A DNA stretch of 64,000 nt from Lama glama. Taxonomy: Eukaryota. The position numbers and the translations under genes were made by a program. The notes under the pieces were generated by a model. That model had not been told where the DNA came from and did no database searches. It saw only the letters and a list, made by a program, of their open reading frames with translations. The stretch spans positions 18,292,001-18,356,000 of the forward strand of contig CM052818.1 of NCBI GenBank assembly GCA_028534125.1, written 5' to 3'. Each line of letters opens with the position of its first letter. Positions within the stretch are counted from its first letter, which is position 1. Positions 25,173 through 38,599 of the stretch are shown in pieces.

Positions 25173-27649
25173 TTGTAAAGTCAAAGCTCCCATATCAAAA
25201 ATATCTAAACATTGAAGGATGTATTCAGCAACAGAAACTGAACAAGCTAAATCTTATCATTCATATGTGAGAATAGCTGAGAATCTGAAACAAAGAACAG
25301 ACAAATATCTTAAAATTATGGAAAAGATGAAATGAGTTGTTCTAGCAGCCAAATCGTAGACACTTCTCAGGCATGAGGCGACACCAAAGAAAGCAAACGC
25401 AAAGCCATGGTCCCTGGGAGTATTTGTGTGGAGGAGACCAGACCCAGCGCGTGGCGGGCTCGAACGTTTGATATCCGGCAGCAGAGCCCAGGGTGACTAA
25501 CTTCCTGCTGTACTCCCCCTCGCCCTCTCCTTCCCCAGCTATTCTCTGCCCTGAGGACTGAGAGGGAAGAAGCCACTTCTAATATGGGAAGGATGAGAGC
25601 TGAAGCTTTGAAAGGTGGTGAGGTCAAGCCTTTGGGTTTCATCTGTTCCATGAGTGGGTGAAGCCCTGGAGCTTGTTTTTCACTGACCTGCTATGAAATT
25701 ATGGTAGGTTGCAGGTGTAATTTTAAGGAGCTCCAGAAAGGTGCCCAAAGTGCTTCTACTATCTGTTCCTCTATGCCTAACACTCATTTTGCTTAAGCTT
25801 TGCTGCCCATTAATATGCAATCCCCTCCCCCTAAATCAGATTTGAATCAGTTGTCAGACACAGACACTTGGGCATGAATGAGTTTTTCTTCTTTAAAATA
25901 GAGACCAGTACAGGGAGAGAAGGAGAGTAAGTCACTGATAGGCACTTAGATGATGCGAGGTTCAAGGCTAATGACACTGCCCCGGATGGCTGGAGCCACC
26001 CCAGCTCCCACAGCCCCTCTCCAGGAGAATGTGGTTGTGGACCATCCCATTTCCTCTCAAATACCCCCTCCCCTTCTCTGGGCTGAAAACAGCTGCCCTG
26101 GTTTGCCTCTTCATTAACTCCCCCTTCAGCTATTTATCCTCAAGTTCAAGTTGGTGATTTTCAGCCCTTAGCTTTGTCAAGGATTTGGGGACCAGAAAAA
26201 AGGAAAACCAAAGCAACTGAACACCTCTCGGCCTCCATTCTCCCATTTTTGTTGGCAGGTTACAAACTGTTGCTACTACAAGACATCTCTTTTGGTTATA
26301 CAAGCAGCAAGCAATAAACGGCTCATACTCAACTCTGGGGAGAGATTTTTCCAATCGTTTTCTCATTTCCTCATTGTCCCAGCACTTCCGCAGATCTCTT
26401 TAAAAACAGTGGGGCTTACTCTGTCACTGACCTTGTCTAATCATATTGATTGTCAGCAACTGCAGTCTAATTGGAAAGCAAGTTGCTATGGTAATTCTTG
26501 TGTCTTATGTCTTACATTTAAAGATACAATGATCCTAAAAGAAGAAATTGCTTGTGGTTGGTGACAGAGGAAAACAGAATTAGATATACAAATTGTGAAA
26601 TGAATCTATTCAGATGAATTCAGAAATCTAACTCAGGATTTGATGTAAAAAATTGGTACCAGATTTTCTATCAAAGGCACGTTTGGTCAGAATGTTTCTC
26701 TTTTCCTCCAAATACTTATATTTTTTTGGAAAAGAAAATGCATCATGAACATGCAGGAAGGAGGTGGCTATTCATAGCTTAAAACTAGGTATGAGATCCT
26801 TAACACCGGGGTGCTGCATTGTGTGTTTAGAAGAACATCAACATGGGAGTTAGCACACCCAGGTTTTACTTCTCTATATTTAACTTGCTGTGTGGCCTTA
26901 GGTAAATCACCTAACCTTTCTGTGCTTTTTCTTCACTGAGAAATAAGACAACTTTTGCTTCTCTCATTCATTTCATCAGTCAACAACCACTGGGAATCTT
27001 GAAAATCAGTCACAGTGAAGAAGACAATAGTGCAGTTTCCTGTTAGATTAAAAGCTCCTTGAAGGCAGAAATTGTATTCTCTTAAATATGTCTGAAGAAG
27101 GGGTCTGCAAAGAAATTTGAGCTTTGATGTCAAAAACACCAAAGCTTTGTTAATACCTGTTCCTTCTGACTCAATACAATTCAAAGCCTGCTGGGTGTGA
27201 TGCCTGGGTTTGGTCCTACTGAGAGCTGGACGGTGGCCACTGCTCCAGCCCTCAGGGGCCTAGAGGCAGAAGCATAGCTGGCATGGCTGTTAGTCTCACT
27301 AGGATATAGACACAACGAGTGTACTTGGGAAGCTCAGGGGAAGGCCAATTGTGGAGGATTAGGGAAGGCCTCACTGGAAAAAGCTTTAAAGTTTAGCCTT
27401 AAAATTGGAATATGTCTTCTTCCTGTTCCACTAGTGAGGAACCAAATGTGAGGGTAAAAATAAATGTGTAATCAATACCAGGCAAAGGACTTCAAACTGC
27501 AGATGTCATCGGCCCACTCAGCACACATTTATGGAGTGCCTGCTGGATGCACAGGTGACAAGCTAGGAATATAACAAAGTCCTTGACCCTAACAGACTTA
27601 CAGTCACAAGACTAGAGAGAAAAATAAAGAAAGAGTTTTATCATTGGTA

Positions 27650-27800
27650 TTAACACTTATTAAGCTTTAAATATTTAACATGTAATTATTTAATATTTAG
27701 TCCAAAGTTCTGCAATGCAAATATCATTGTCCTCCTTTCAGATATAAGCAGACTGAGGCTCAGAGAGGTTAAGTAACTTGACCCACTTCACAAAGCATGA
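27650..27800 (-). mobile_element. MIR fragment
   Basis: actgaggctcagagaggttaagtaacttgaccc. Confidence 0.8.
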
Positions 27801-30284
27801 ATTGTTCTCCAAGTACTTGTGTGGGGCTACCATGCTAGCTCTGTTGTCTGGCTCCTAACACAGATACCCCATCTCCTGGAAGTCAGCTAGCCTCGACTTC
27901 TTGTTGCTACAGCTCCAGCAAAGACACCCATGTAACGGAACCTAGGTGGATGAATGAAAATGCATTCTTAATATCACAGGTAAAGAACCTCTCAACCTAG
28001 ACCAGTCAGTTATTAACTAACTCCCCGTCATCACAGCTTCTTGTGTGTTGTTACCTTCTCAGTTTGAGAAAAGGGAAGAGGAGGCATGTATAAGAAAGTA
28101 AATTGAGAAGGTAACTACTGAAGTCTTTTCCTTCCTTTGCTGATACCCTGAAATTCTCCTTTCAGGGGTACTACAAAGACAAAAGACAAACCAACAAACT
28201 TTTCTAAAAGATGTCTTCTAACAGGATCTTCATTACTTGAAGTTATCTTGGACAAATGCGTATTTCACAATTGAATAACACACTTAGGAGTATGAAGGGC
28301 CCCTCAGACGGTGCTGAAGCGAGGAAGGAAATCTGGGTTGTCTTGTGCCCCACAAAGCCAATGCCCTAGACCTTGACAGGAACAATTCTAGCGTTATTTG
28401 TTTCAGTTCTCTCTAAGCTTTTGTTTCAACAAGCGTTTCCAAGGCACAGTAAAGGCCTGGACATATACAGAACTCGAGTGCTGACTCCAACCATCTTGGG
28501 TGGCTTTAACCAGCTGAATCAAAGACTCAAGCTGGAAAAGAACCCATTCTCTTCCTTGTTTTCTATCATGACCACATTTTTCTCCAGGCATTGGCAAAGT
28601 TTCATAAAATGGAAGTTCTTTTAAAAACTCCTTTCTTTTTCCTGTCCATACAGGTCTCCTCACTGTAAAAACAGGGATACTTTTAGGACCAATGTGAGGC
28701 AAAGGAGGCCCTGGAGTAGGACTTTTGACTGCCATTTGGGATGGGATGGGGGAAATCTACTGCTCAGAAGTGGATATAAAATCAATTAAATATGGAGTCA
28801 GTGAAAACAGGCCCCTGAAATGCAGGAAAGGGCAGGATGGATAAATGCTTGGCACACAGGGCACTTATGAGGGTACTAGACTCAAGCAACTCCAAAGAGA
28901 AAAATAAGACAATCAAAGCGACTCAAATTCAGAAGCAGCCAAGAGGGAGTTCCTGGTTGTTCCTTCACTGCAGCCCATAAAAGAGGCACTCTCATGCCAA
29001 GAATAAGAGTTAATGAGGTGGAAAATGGAGGGGCATAAAAGGGAGAGTAATTATGAACTGCAGAGTGAAAACAGAGGAGGATGGAAGCCCATTGGAGAGG
29101 GCAGATTGTTTTCCAGGTGTGGCAAGAGAGACAAAAAGGCACCCAGAAGAGATGATTAAGGAAGGGGGTGCTGTGGGGGGTGACAGAAGCAGATAGGAAA
29201 GTCTACAATAACGGCCCCAACACACACACACACTCACAAGCACACCAACCTGTGGCACAGGGTAGGGGTCGCAGGGCTGGGGGTCTTTCCGTGGAAGCCA
29301 AGCCTGGTGCTAGGCGAGAGGAGTGCGGCCAGCCAACCCAGACTCTAGTTGGTGCCCTGTCTCTGGAGGCCATGGTCTTGCTTCAGGGAAGAGCCTATAA
29401 CGCAGGGAAATGGCACCCCACCAGGGGAAAGGAAAGAAGGAAGAACAGGTCATCCACCTCGGCCCTCAGGTGGCTGAAGGAGAATGTGTGTTTGGTGCCA
29501 CGTCTTTGCACCCTTCAGTGACACTTTTGTCCATGTCACCCATCTTTCTGACAAGGAAACCATTTGTTGAGTGACTGGTGGGAAGAAGGTGAAGGCTGAC
29601 CACAATGAGTCATCTCCATAGGCTGCCATGTTGGCCGCCCAGGATGGAACCCAGCGGTGCAATGGGCACCACTGCCCTCCACGTCAAACTCTGGGCCACA
29701 GGAGTAAATAGGACCAAGATCCCTGGACTGGGGGCCCAGCCAGGCCCTTAGAGCCCTCGCCTGCTCAGGAGTGAACATTGATCAGGTTCAGGATGTCACC
29801 CCCATCCTCCCAAGAAGGAGGGGGTCGCTGTGGTAGTCGTCTGTGAAAAGAACTCCTTGAATTATCATTTTCTGTTAATAAATTGCCTTCATGTGAGCTC
29901 TTTCAACTTACTTGCTTCCTTGGTAAAGAGGCTGGCGGAGTATGACAAGGCAGAAATTAACACTGGCTTACAGGAGATCAATGAAGCCCTCTTTAAGCTG
30001 ACAATAAAACAAACACTGTCTTCAGGAGAATGACGGCTCAGGCAAGGGTACTTTCTCACCTTGTCCAGGGCTCGGGAAGGATGGCGCTTCCTGCTGCTGC
30101 TCCCTCCCGGGTCTGCCCACAGACCTGCTCTTCAGGGAACAGGTGCAGCGCCCTAAGCGGGATGCTTTGTGGAGCCCTTGCCTTCACCCCAGCTTGCTAG
30201 AAATGGAAACTGGCTGTCAGGGAGAACTGCCAGTGATGTGGCTGGCTGCCTTTTAATAACAGAATCACAGAAATAATTAAAATC

Positions 30285-30447
30285 ACTGAGTTTTAGGGCT
30301 AGAAGGGACCCACGAGATCATCTAGATCAACAGTGTTGTTTTAGAGATGAGGAACAAAGGCTCGGAGAAGGGAATTGATTTGACTCAAGGAAAGTTGTTA
30401 ATCAGGGGCAGAGTCAGGACTAGAACCTAGGTCTCCTGACTCTAGTG
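30285..30447 (-). mobile_element. MIR3/MIRc fragment
   Basis: gctagaagggacccacgagatcatctag...ttttagagatgaggaacaaaggctcggagaaggg...ggcagagtcaggactagaacctaggtctcctgactc. Confidence 0.8.
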
Positions 30448-32462
30448 AAGTAATAAAAATGATGGTTGGCAGCACGACCTTTGCACAACACTATGTGCTT
30501 TTTCCCTTCTGCGTGATCATGCATTATTCATGTGATCTTCAATAGCCCAGCCAACTACAAAGGACTGAGTATGAAATGTACTGAGGGACAGAGGGCCTTA
30601 GCAATACCTTACAGAGGAAAATGGATCTCAGAGAGCTCCAGTGATTTGCCAAAGTGATGAAGGACTTCCTTTTGCCCGCTCAAGAGACCTCATCACATGC
30701 AGCTCTGCATTTCTGGAGATTACAGAGCTGGGGGTTTTCATTTCTTAACCTGAACACCCTCCCCGGGTCTGGGTGCTAATGGACTTAGTAGTCCTCATTG
30801 TGAAAAAGTTGTTCTTTCTGGCATGCTGGGATGGTCCCCGCCCCCCCACCCCCCGCATCCCTATGAAATAATTTAAAAAAGGAAGAAAAAAAAAAAAGCC
30901 AAGGGCCCATAATTCAATAAGGAGCAGCCACCTGGTGTGCTCACCACAAAGAGGCCAAGCCATTCAATCACAGGCAGTAAGTACTGTGTCACTAAGGAAG
31001 ACAGGTCTCTGGCTAAATGAGATCAAACATAGACTTAGTTGTGAGGAGTTCCTTTTGTTTTTTGGTTGTTCCCTTTCAATTTTGCCAAGCAACAGTCCTA
31101 CATGACTCCTAATGAACCAGCCAACAGAAATGTACTCAACATCTACTGTGCACATCCATTTTTCACCAGATGGTAGAGGCAAAACTCACACTTGCCCTGA
31201 CGGGAGGAGCATGTGTTGAGCAATGTCAGGGACTTTAAAAATGAGTTTCTTTGTTTTTTACCTAGTAGTCCAAGGTGGAGTTCCTTAGCACTTGATTTAG
31301 GGAGCCCAGGACACCAGCTGCTTCACCATCTTCAATCATGGCTTTTGAGGTTGCCCTGGGCACCACCAACCAGGCCAGATGGGAGACAGCACATAGAGGA
31401 ACACCCATGAGGGGTTGTGGGCCAGACCTGGCACAGTACACATTATTTCTGCTCATATTCCTTGGGAGAAGCCTTCTCCCCACAAGGCTAAACCTAACAG
31501 CAAGATTGCCAAGAAACACAGTGTAGCTGTGACCCCAGCAATAAGAAGGGAAAATAGATTCGGGTAGGCACTAGAAATCTCTTCCATATCGTGTGTTATA
31601 ACCATAATTCTCATAAAAACCCTAAAAGGTAGTTATGATTACCTCCGCTGAAATAAAAAAGTCCCATGGAGATTGGTTGACACAAGTAGGCAATGATAAA
31701 AGTAGAATTTGAAGCCAGGCCTGCCTGGTTTCCAGGTTCATGCTGCCACTCACTCGTGCCTAGGAACTGAGACAAACACAAGCCAGCAGGGCCCTGACAA
31801 GACAAGGCTATTAGTGAGAGGACCCATGCAGAACATGTAGTGGTATGTCCACTACACAGTAAGTGTCTAGTTAAGGTTAATTACCACCATCATCATTATT
31901 CCTGCAGCCTTGAGTTACACAGCCCCAACTCTAAAGGGTCTTGAACATATAGAAAATGTATCTTTCCTTGAGGGTCAGAGGCCCTTCAGCCTTCCCATCA
32001 CCCTTTCTTTGGCCTCTGCTCAAGCTGGCAGCCTACACTGAAGCCAAGTGACCCAATCAATGTATCTTCCCTTTCTCCTCTCTACCCAGTGCCCCCTTCC
32101 TTATTACCTGTCCAACCTCTCATCTTCTATCACTTAGAACTTAATGAATTCCTGTTTAAACAACTTCTGACAGACATACACAGAGTAATAAAGAAATCAT
32201 CTACCTTTTCTAACTCCAATATGATTCTATCTCCAGAAAATCTCTTTCCCTTTCTCTCCTACTCTCTTTCCCTCCTTCACTTTTTATCATCCTCTTCATT
32301 CCATCTACCTTCCCAAACTACAATCCCAGTCATGACTCCCAACCATAAATACTAGCTACACTCCTGTATTCAGGCAAAGATGAATTCTAGGTCATCACCG
32401 TCCTCCACCCTTTTCTCCACCAGCCACTCCATTTTTATTTTCTTGCATACTTTATATAATTT

Positions 32463-32465
<3 letters not shown>

Positions 32466-32505
<40 letters not shown>
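32466..32505. repeat. (AC)20 microsatellite
   Basis: Perfect AC run of 40 nt. Confidence 0.97.
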
Positions 32506-32512
<7 letters not shown>

Positions 32513-33584
32513 GCTTTCAATCTACTCCAAAATTTTAAGTAAATCATTGGGATACTTAATTTGTTGGGGAAAAAAAATGACTCATGACCCATATCAAACC
32601 AATCCTGAGTCATCACATGACTGCCAAGAACTGCTGGTCTAGCAGAAATTGCAAAGAGCCATAATTACAATGATGATGGTGGGTAATGAAGGGATACTTG
32701 CAAGAAATACTGAAAAAAGTAATTGAGAGGATTTAGAATCTGTTAAATGTTGAAGAGGAGTCAGAGATGACACCAAAATTTTGGGAGCTTGGGTTGGTTC
32801 GATGAACCAATAGGGATGACAATAGAGCCATTATCTAGGGTTGTGATGGGGGGAGTCAAAGACCTGGGAGAGGAAAATAATATGCCTGCTCTAGACTCGT
32901 TATCCCTCAAGGGTGTGCAGGACATGCAGAGAATATGGCTCTAGCAGTTGCAGGCATGGGTCTCTGGTCTAAGAGGGAAACTTGTTCTGATGACATGTGA
33001 GGCATCAACAGAGTGATTGTGATATTAAGACAGAGCTTGAGAAATGCTGACATTTAGAGAGAGAGTGAGGGGGAAAATATGGTCTATGGGGGAAATAAAA
33101 TGTATTGAACCCCCACCATTCACCCTGCTCTGTGTTGGACATTGGGCATTCCTGTCATGTTCCTCCATGTCTATGCAGCTGATCTTGCTCAACTATGCAT
33201 GTTGCTTCTATGCAACTAAATTGCAGATTCTTGGAAGGCAGGGGCACTGCTTTTTATTGTCTTACATGTTTTACCTTTGCATAGAGAATGCACTAAAAAA
33301 GCAATTATCATCTGAGTTGCTGCTTAGGTCTTCAATTTATCTGTGGATGGTGAATTTGCATGTTGACTTATAGTTTGGTCTTGTCAGAACTCAAGCACCA
33401 CGCAGCATGGTGGAAGGGGGTGGTTATTTAGTTGTTTTATCGGCATGTTGCTCTGCCAAAAATTTCTACTCTATTGGAAATTAAAATAACAACAACAGGA
33501 TTTTCTGAGGTGGAGATAATTTTCCAATTCACTGGAAGTACAGCCTGTCTGATTTCTGCCATCTTTTTGAGGCCCTATGAATGG

Positions 33585-33793
33585 TGAGTTCATATCCCAA
33601 GTCAACTTCACTCACTTGGCTTTGTGGCATCAGGGAAATTACTTAACCTCTGTATGCTTCTTTTTCCTCTCCTGTAAAGGGGTTAAGGTTGGTACTCACC
33701 TCATAGAATTGTGACAATCAAGCAATTTAATACATGCAAAGCACAGAAAAACTGCTTGGCATATAATAAATGCTAATAAATGTTAGCTATTAT
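33585..33793 (+). mobile_element. MIR SINE
   Basis: gggaaattacttaacctctgtatgcttc...ctcatagaattgtg...aaatgctaataaatgttagctattat. Confidence 0.85.
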
Positions 33794-34529
33794 GTCTATG
33801 ATTTTTAGTTCCTTTCCTTATCTGCTGAGGGAAGCAAGGGAAGTGTATTATTCCAAAAAAATAGATTGTTACTTAACATTTTAAATTAAGACAAAACTAA
33901 ATTAAGACAAAGCTTGTTGTTAATATATTTGAAAGTGAGGGAGCTCAATTCAGATATCTGAATGAGATCGAGTCACTGAGGGTGCTTTTATTTCTGTCTC
34001 ATTTTGGGGACATCTTTAGAGAATCTGTAGCAAAGACTCACTTCACCCAGGGACAAGGAAGCAGATGGGACATGTCAGGAAAGGAAGGTATCCACCTGCT
34101 GCCACCTGAGAAGGTGAGAGGAGCCCTTTGGCAGTGTCCTCACCCTACCCTGACAACATGTCCCACTCTGCACTGACCCTCTCCTGAAGGGACCAGCATG
34201 CTATCTAGATTATGACTTCAGTGGTGGAGACATCCTTCTTGGGGCAGTCACGTGCTCTGCCTAATCTCCTCTGTTGGACAACAAACCAGATGGTGGGTCT
34301 CACTGTGGGTAAGACTCAGAATGGGGTTTGGGATAATGTCATAGCCTGGTTTAAGAACTTAAATGATCTGTAGGTGGGGTTAGGAGAAGCATTCCTAGGA
34401 CATCTGATAGCACCGTTTCCCCCAGCTCGGTTGTTGGCTAGCGCAGCCTCTCCCAGCTGCAGAAATTCTGTCCTCAGCTCCACAAAGAGGAGGTGGCAGG
34501 CACAGTGAGATTAGAGTTCACCACATGAC

Positions 34530-34705
34530 AAGCATTGTGCTTTCATATATACCATCTCATTTAATCCCTTTGACATACCTGTGAGATAGCAATTATTCCC
34601 ATTTTACAGACAAGGAAACCGAAGCTTACAGAGATTCTGTAACTTGCCCACAGTTATTCAGCTAGTAAGAAATTGAAACAGGATTCAGACTCAGGTCTCT
34701 AGTGT
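34530..34705 (-). mobile_element. MIR SINE
   Basis: atctcatttaatcc...cccattttacagacaaggaaaccgaagcttacagag...taacttgcccacagtt...cagctagtaag. Confidence 0.85.
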
Positions 34706-36654
34706 AAAATCTCTGGATCTGATCTTAAGGGAATTCTAAATGAGGGTTGGGCATATATTTGGAGAACTATATCAAATTTTCTGGAAGGCATTCTCATGGG
34801 AATTTTCACTTGACTTGTTCTGTATTTACTTAAGTCATATAGCACATTTTCAGAACAATTAAGAGATTAGACATATGGTAGAAATACATAGATATGTGTA
34901 TATAGTATATAATCATATATATGACATTTAATATATAATAATTATATATCCTACATATGAAAGTATACTATTTATATATCTGTAGTTATGTTAAAATAAT
35001 GTGTCAACAATCCATTTTATTTTTTCTAGTAACTCAGATGTAACCCATCAAAAAAGGATAGCAGTGAAGGGAAGCCTAGAATACCAGACTCACTGAGTTA
35101 AAGATCACTGATAAAACCCAGGACTCATTTTACTCAGCATCGGAGCCCCAACACAGAGCCTAGGGCCTGGAATACAAAAGTTGCCTCATCAAAATTTGTT
35201 GAACCCTTCGCTCTTTTCAAGATTCACTCCTAGGTTCTGCTACACAGAAGCTTCCAGCCTGGGCTAATACACATTTTGATTTGCAAATACTCTGTTTACT
35301 GCAAGTTCTCAAGAACACAGCTTTATCATGCAGAAGCAAAGGCAGAAAATCTTTTCTAATCTTTCAGAGATCACTCATTCATTCAGCAAACACTTGGCTG
35401 GGAGCAGGAATACTAAGATGAAAGGCAACATCGCTGTCCTCCAGGGGTTCTTTGCCTGGAGGAGACAGACTGGAATGCAAACCCAGTGTAGTCCATGAGG
35501 CTATGGCAGTGTGTGAGGGGGTCCCACAGGGGCCTCAGGGAAGGGAAATGGTCAATTAAATTTAGTCTGAGGTTATTCAAAACAAAAGAAAGCTGATTCG
35601 ATGAGTATTAAAAATATTTCAATGTAACTGAATCCCGTAATGTGCCCAATTAGGGAGGGGTATGTTGGATTTATTGAAGGAAAATGCTCTGCGGAGAGTC
35701 AGGAGAAGATGGAAAAGATGGGAAAACCCGGTTGGAGAATATCTCTTACATCAGGAAAAAAGCAAAGATGTTTCTGTGAGTGATTTCTTATTACATCCTG
35801 TTCTCCAATTCATCGAAGTCGTTGAATCTCTAGTGAGGCCTTTAATTGCCGGTAATAGTTCATCAGTTTCTCCTTCTTCTATAAAGCTGTAGCAACACTT
35901 CTCTGAATGAAACAGTCCCAGCATTTGGCAAATGAGTGTCAGGGGAAATGGCAGACAAATGAATATCACTCTAGGATAGGTTGCAATTTTATGCTGAACC
36001 TGGCTGAATGCTACATGCTCATTCACTCCCTAAAGTCTGCTCTACTGAACACTCCTCCCCCACAACCCCCACCACGCTTCTATCAAGTGTACTTCTATAT
36101 GAATAGCACTCTGTTGGCCAGAAGAATGGAAATCTGGAGAACTTGACTGTGGCTCTGAAACTCACTCCAGAGAGAATGTCCTAATACCCTCAGAACCTCA
36201 TGCGAACACATCTCCCCTTCCTTCAAAGGAAAGTGGAATTCTACGCACAGATGTGATCTTATACCCAGTCAAATGTTTTAAGAATTCCTGCGGTCACAGC
36301 GGTCATCTCTCCTATTTTCTCCTCTATGGGTGTTTTTTCAGTTCAAGGACCTCATCCATGAGCCAGAGAGGGGCTGGGAGATGCTGTGATCCATAGGAGT
36401 AGAGCTAAAGGCATCCAGACGCTATTAGTACAGCAGACCAAGCACATGTATGTGTCCCATGCATGCTGTGAATTAAATGTAAAACATCCCTGGGACAAAA
36501 ACCTAACTGACTGACAAGCTAGGCTTGGCCATCACTTACCAGACTTGGGCATAGTGGCTATAGAAAGGTGGTTGAAAGAATACAGAATACAAACTTCATC
36601 CCCTTTGCAGTTCTGCAAATGCTGTTTCTGGACCTAAAGATGATGTTTCCTTCA

Positions 36655-36950
36655 TCCACTTATCCATCCACTAAATATTTACTGAGTACAAATCACATGC
36701 CAACTTATGACTGAGATGCTGGAGATACAAAGATAGAAGGATAAGATAACCACCCAGGAAGTCAAAGTCAGGTCGGGGAATTAGACAATGACCACCACCA
36801 CCATCCCCCCAAAATAGGAGTGACAGAACAGTGTGCTAATTGCTTTAACTGAAAAAGGAAAGAAGTCTTGTGAGAATCCAGAGGACAACAAAATGTCAAT
36901 GATGAGAAAGTAAGGGAAGACTTTCGAGACAAGATATAGGTTTTTGAGAA
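36655..36950 (-). mobile_element. LINE-2 3' end
   Basis: ccatccactaaatatttactgagtac...gatgctggagatacaaagatag. Confidence 0.7.
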
Positions 36951-37054
36951 TCAAGTACTCACTCCTTCTCTCTCATGCTTTTCACACCCACCTTGGTGTG
37001 TGTACTGTGGGAAAGGCCTGCTGGGGTGTTATTATCATTCTTCTAAAGAACTCT

Positions 37055-37212
37055 GAACTCCAAAGTGTGGTCTCAAGACCAGCTCCGTCCCCATCACCTG
37101 AGGTACTGGAGAGGCCAAACCTCAGGCCCCACTCAAGATCTTCCTGCTGAGAATCTATATTTTAACAAGACCCCCAGGTGATTTGTCTGTGCATGAACAA
37201 TTGAGCAACTTT
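37055..37212. mobile_element. MER5A/MER5A1 MITE
   Basis: caaagtgtggtctcaagaccagc...catcacctgagg...ctcaggccccac...gaatctatattttaacaagacccccaggtgatt. Confidence 0.8.
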
Positions 37213-37306
37213 TTCTCAGAAGATAAGAAGAGCCTCATCTCTGGAAATAAGCTTCCCACAGAATCAGGATCCCTCATCTAAGAAGAGCAGCATTCAATGT
37301 CTACAT

Positions 37307-37751
37307 GGCACAGTTTCAAACTTTCTGGTCTTGGGATCTGTTTACACCCTTAAAAGTAATCAAAGACACCAAAGAGATTTTGCCTATGTGGCTTATAGCT
37401 ACTGACATTTATGATTCTAGAAATTAAAACTGGGAAACATTTTGTCAGTCAATTTTAAAACAATAATAAATTTCCACATATTAACATAAGTAACGGTTGT
37501 GATGCAAAATAGCCATGTTCAAAAAAAATACTAGTGAGAAGAGTACCCTAGTTTTACGTATTTGCAAGAAAATTTAACCCTTTGCTTAATAGACAACAGA
37601 TAGGTTCTCCTATATGCTTCTGTATCTACACATCAAGTAGCCCCTGGACTCTACTGGAGGCTCACAGAATAAGTGAAAAAATTACATTTTAGCATTATTA
37701 TGAAAAGAGTTTTGACCACATAGACCACTGGACCACTCTTGAGAACCACTG
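37307..37751. mobile_element. hAT-Charlie non-autonomous DNA transposon (MER119-like, tentative)
   Basis: Starts ...tttcaaactttctggtcttggga and ends ggaccactctttgagaaccactg (Charlie-type TIR). GTCTAC occurs on both flanks (37299 and 37752). Confidence 0.7.
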
Positions 37752-38024
37752 GTCTACCATATCCCTAGAGATCTCCTCTCTCATAAACCCTTTACTTGTT
37801 GATGCTAAGGAAACATCACCATGCCCCAAATAATGCCAATTGCAATGATTTGTCACAATTGCAAAGAAAATTCTTAACTAAATCTTTTGAGACAAAGAAT
37901 GGTTTCTTAATGATGTGAGTTCTTTGGATGTAAAGATTCCACATCCTCCCTTCGAAGACCAGCTGAGAGATCCTCACGACTGTGTGTTATTTTAGCCAAG
38001 CCAGGTCAGCTCCGTTAACCCCAA

Positions 38025-38524
38025 NNNNNNNNNNNNNNNNNNNNNNNNNNNNNNNNNNNNNNNNNNNNNNNNNNNNNNNNNNNNNNNNNNNNNNNNNNNN
38101 NNNNNNNNNNNNNNNNNNNNNNNNNNNNNNNNNNNNNNNNNNNNNNNNNNNNNNNNNNNNNNNNNNNNNNNNNNNNNNNNNNNNNNNNNNNNNNNNNNNN
38201 NNNNNNNNNNNNNNNNNNNNNNNNNNNNNNNNNNNNNNNNNNNNNNNNNNNNNNNNNNNNNNNNNNNNNNNNNNNNNNNNNNNNNNNNNNNNNNNNNNNN
38301 NNNNNNNNNNNNNNNNNNNNNNNNNNNNNNNNNNNNNNNNNNNNNNNNNNNNNNNNNNNNNNNNNNNNNNNNNNNNNNNNNNNNNNNNNNNNNNNNNNNN
38401 NNNNNNNNNNNNNNNNNNNNNNNNNNNNNNNNNNNNNNNNNNNNNNNNNNNNNNNNNNNNNNNNNNNNNNNNNNNNNNNNNNNNNNNNNNNNNNNNNNNN
38501 NNNNNNNNNNNNNNNNNNNNNNNN
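38025..38524. other. Assembly gap (500 N)
   Basis: Run of exactly 500 n characters. Confidence 1.
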
Positions 38525-38599
38525 TATAACCAACAGGCCTCCATTATTTCTCTCAATTCAGAGTTCTCAAAATACAAACAAAATGGAATTTTGTCTCCT

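Noticed and set aside
28628..28699. Strong acceptor (ctcctttctttttcctgtccatacAG) with a possible 40-nt cryptic exon
   Set aside because: The downstream donor (AAT|GTGAGG) is only moderate, and isolated pseudo-acceptors are abundant in long introns.
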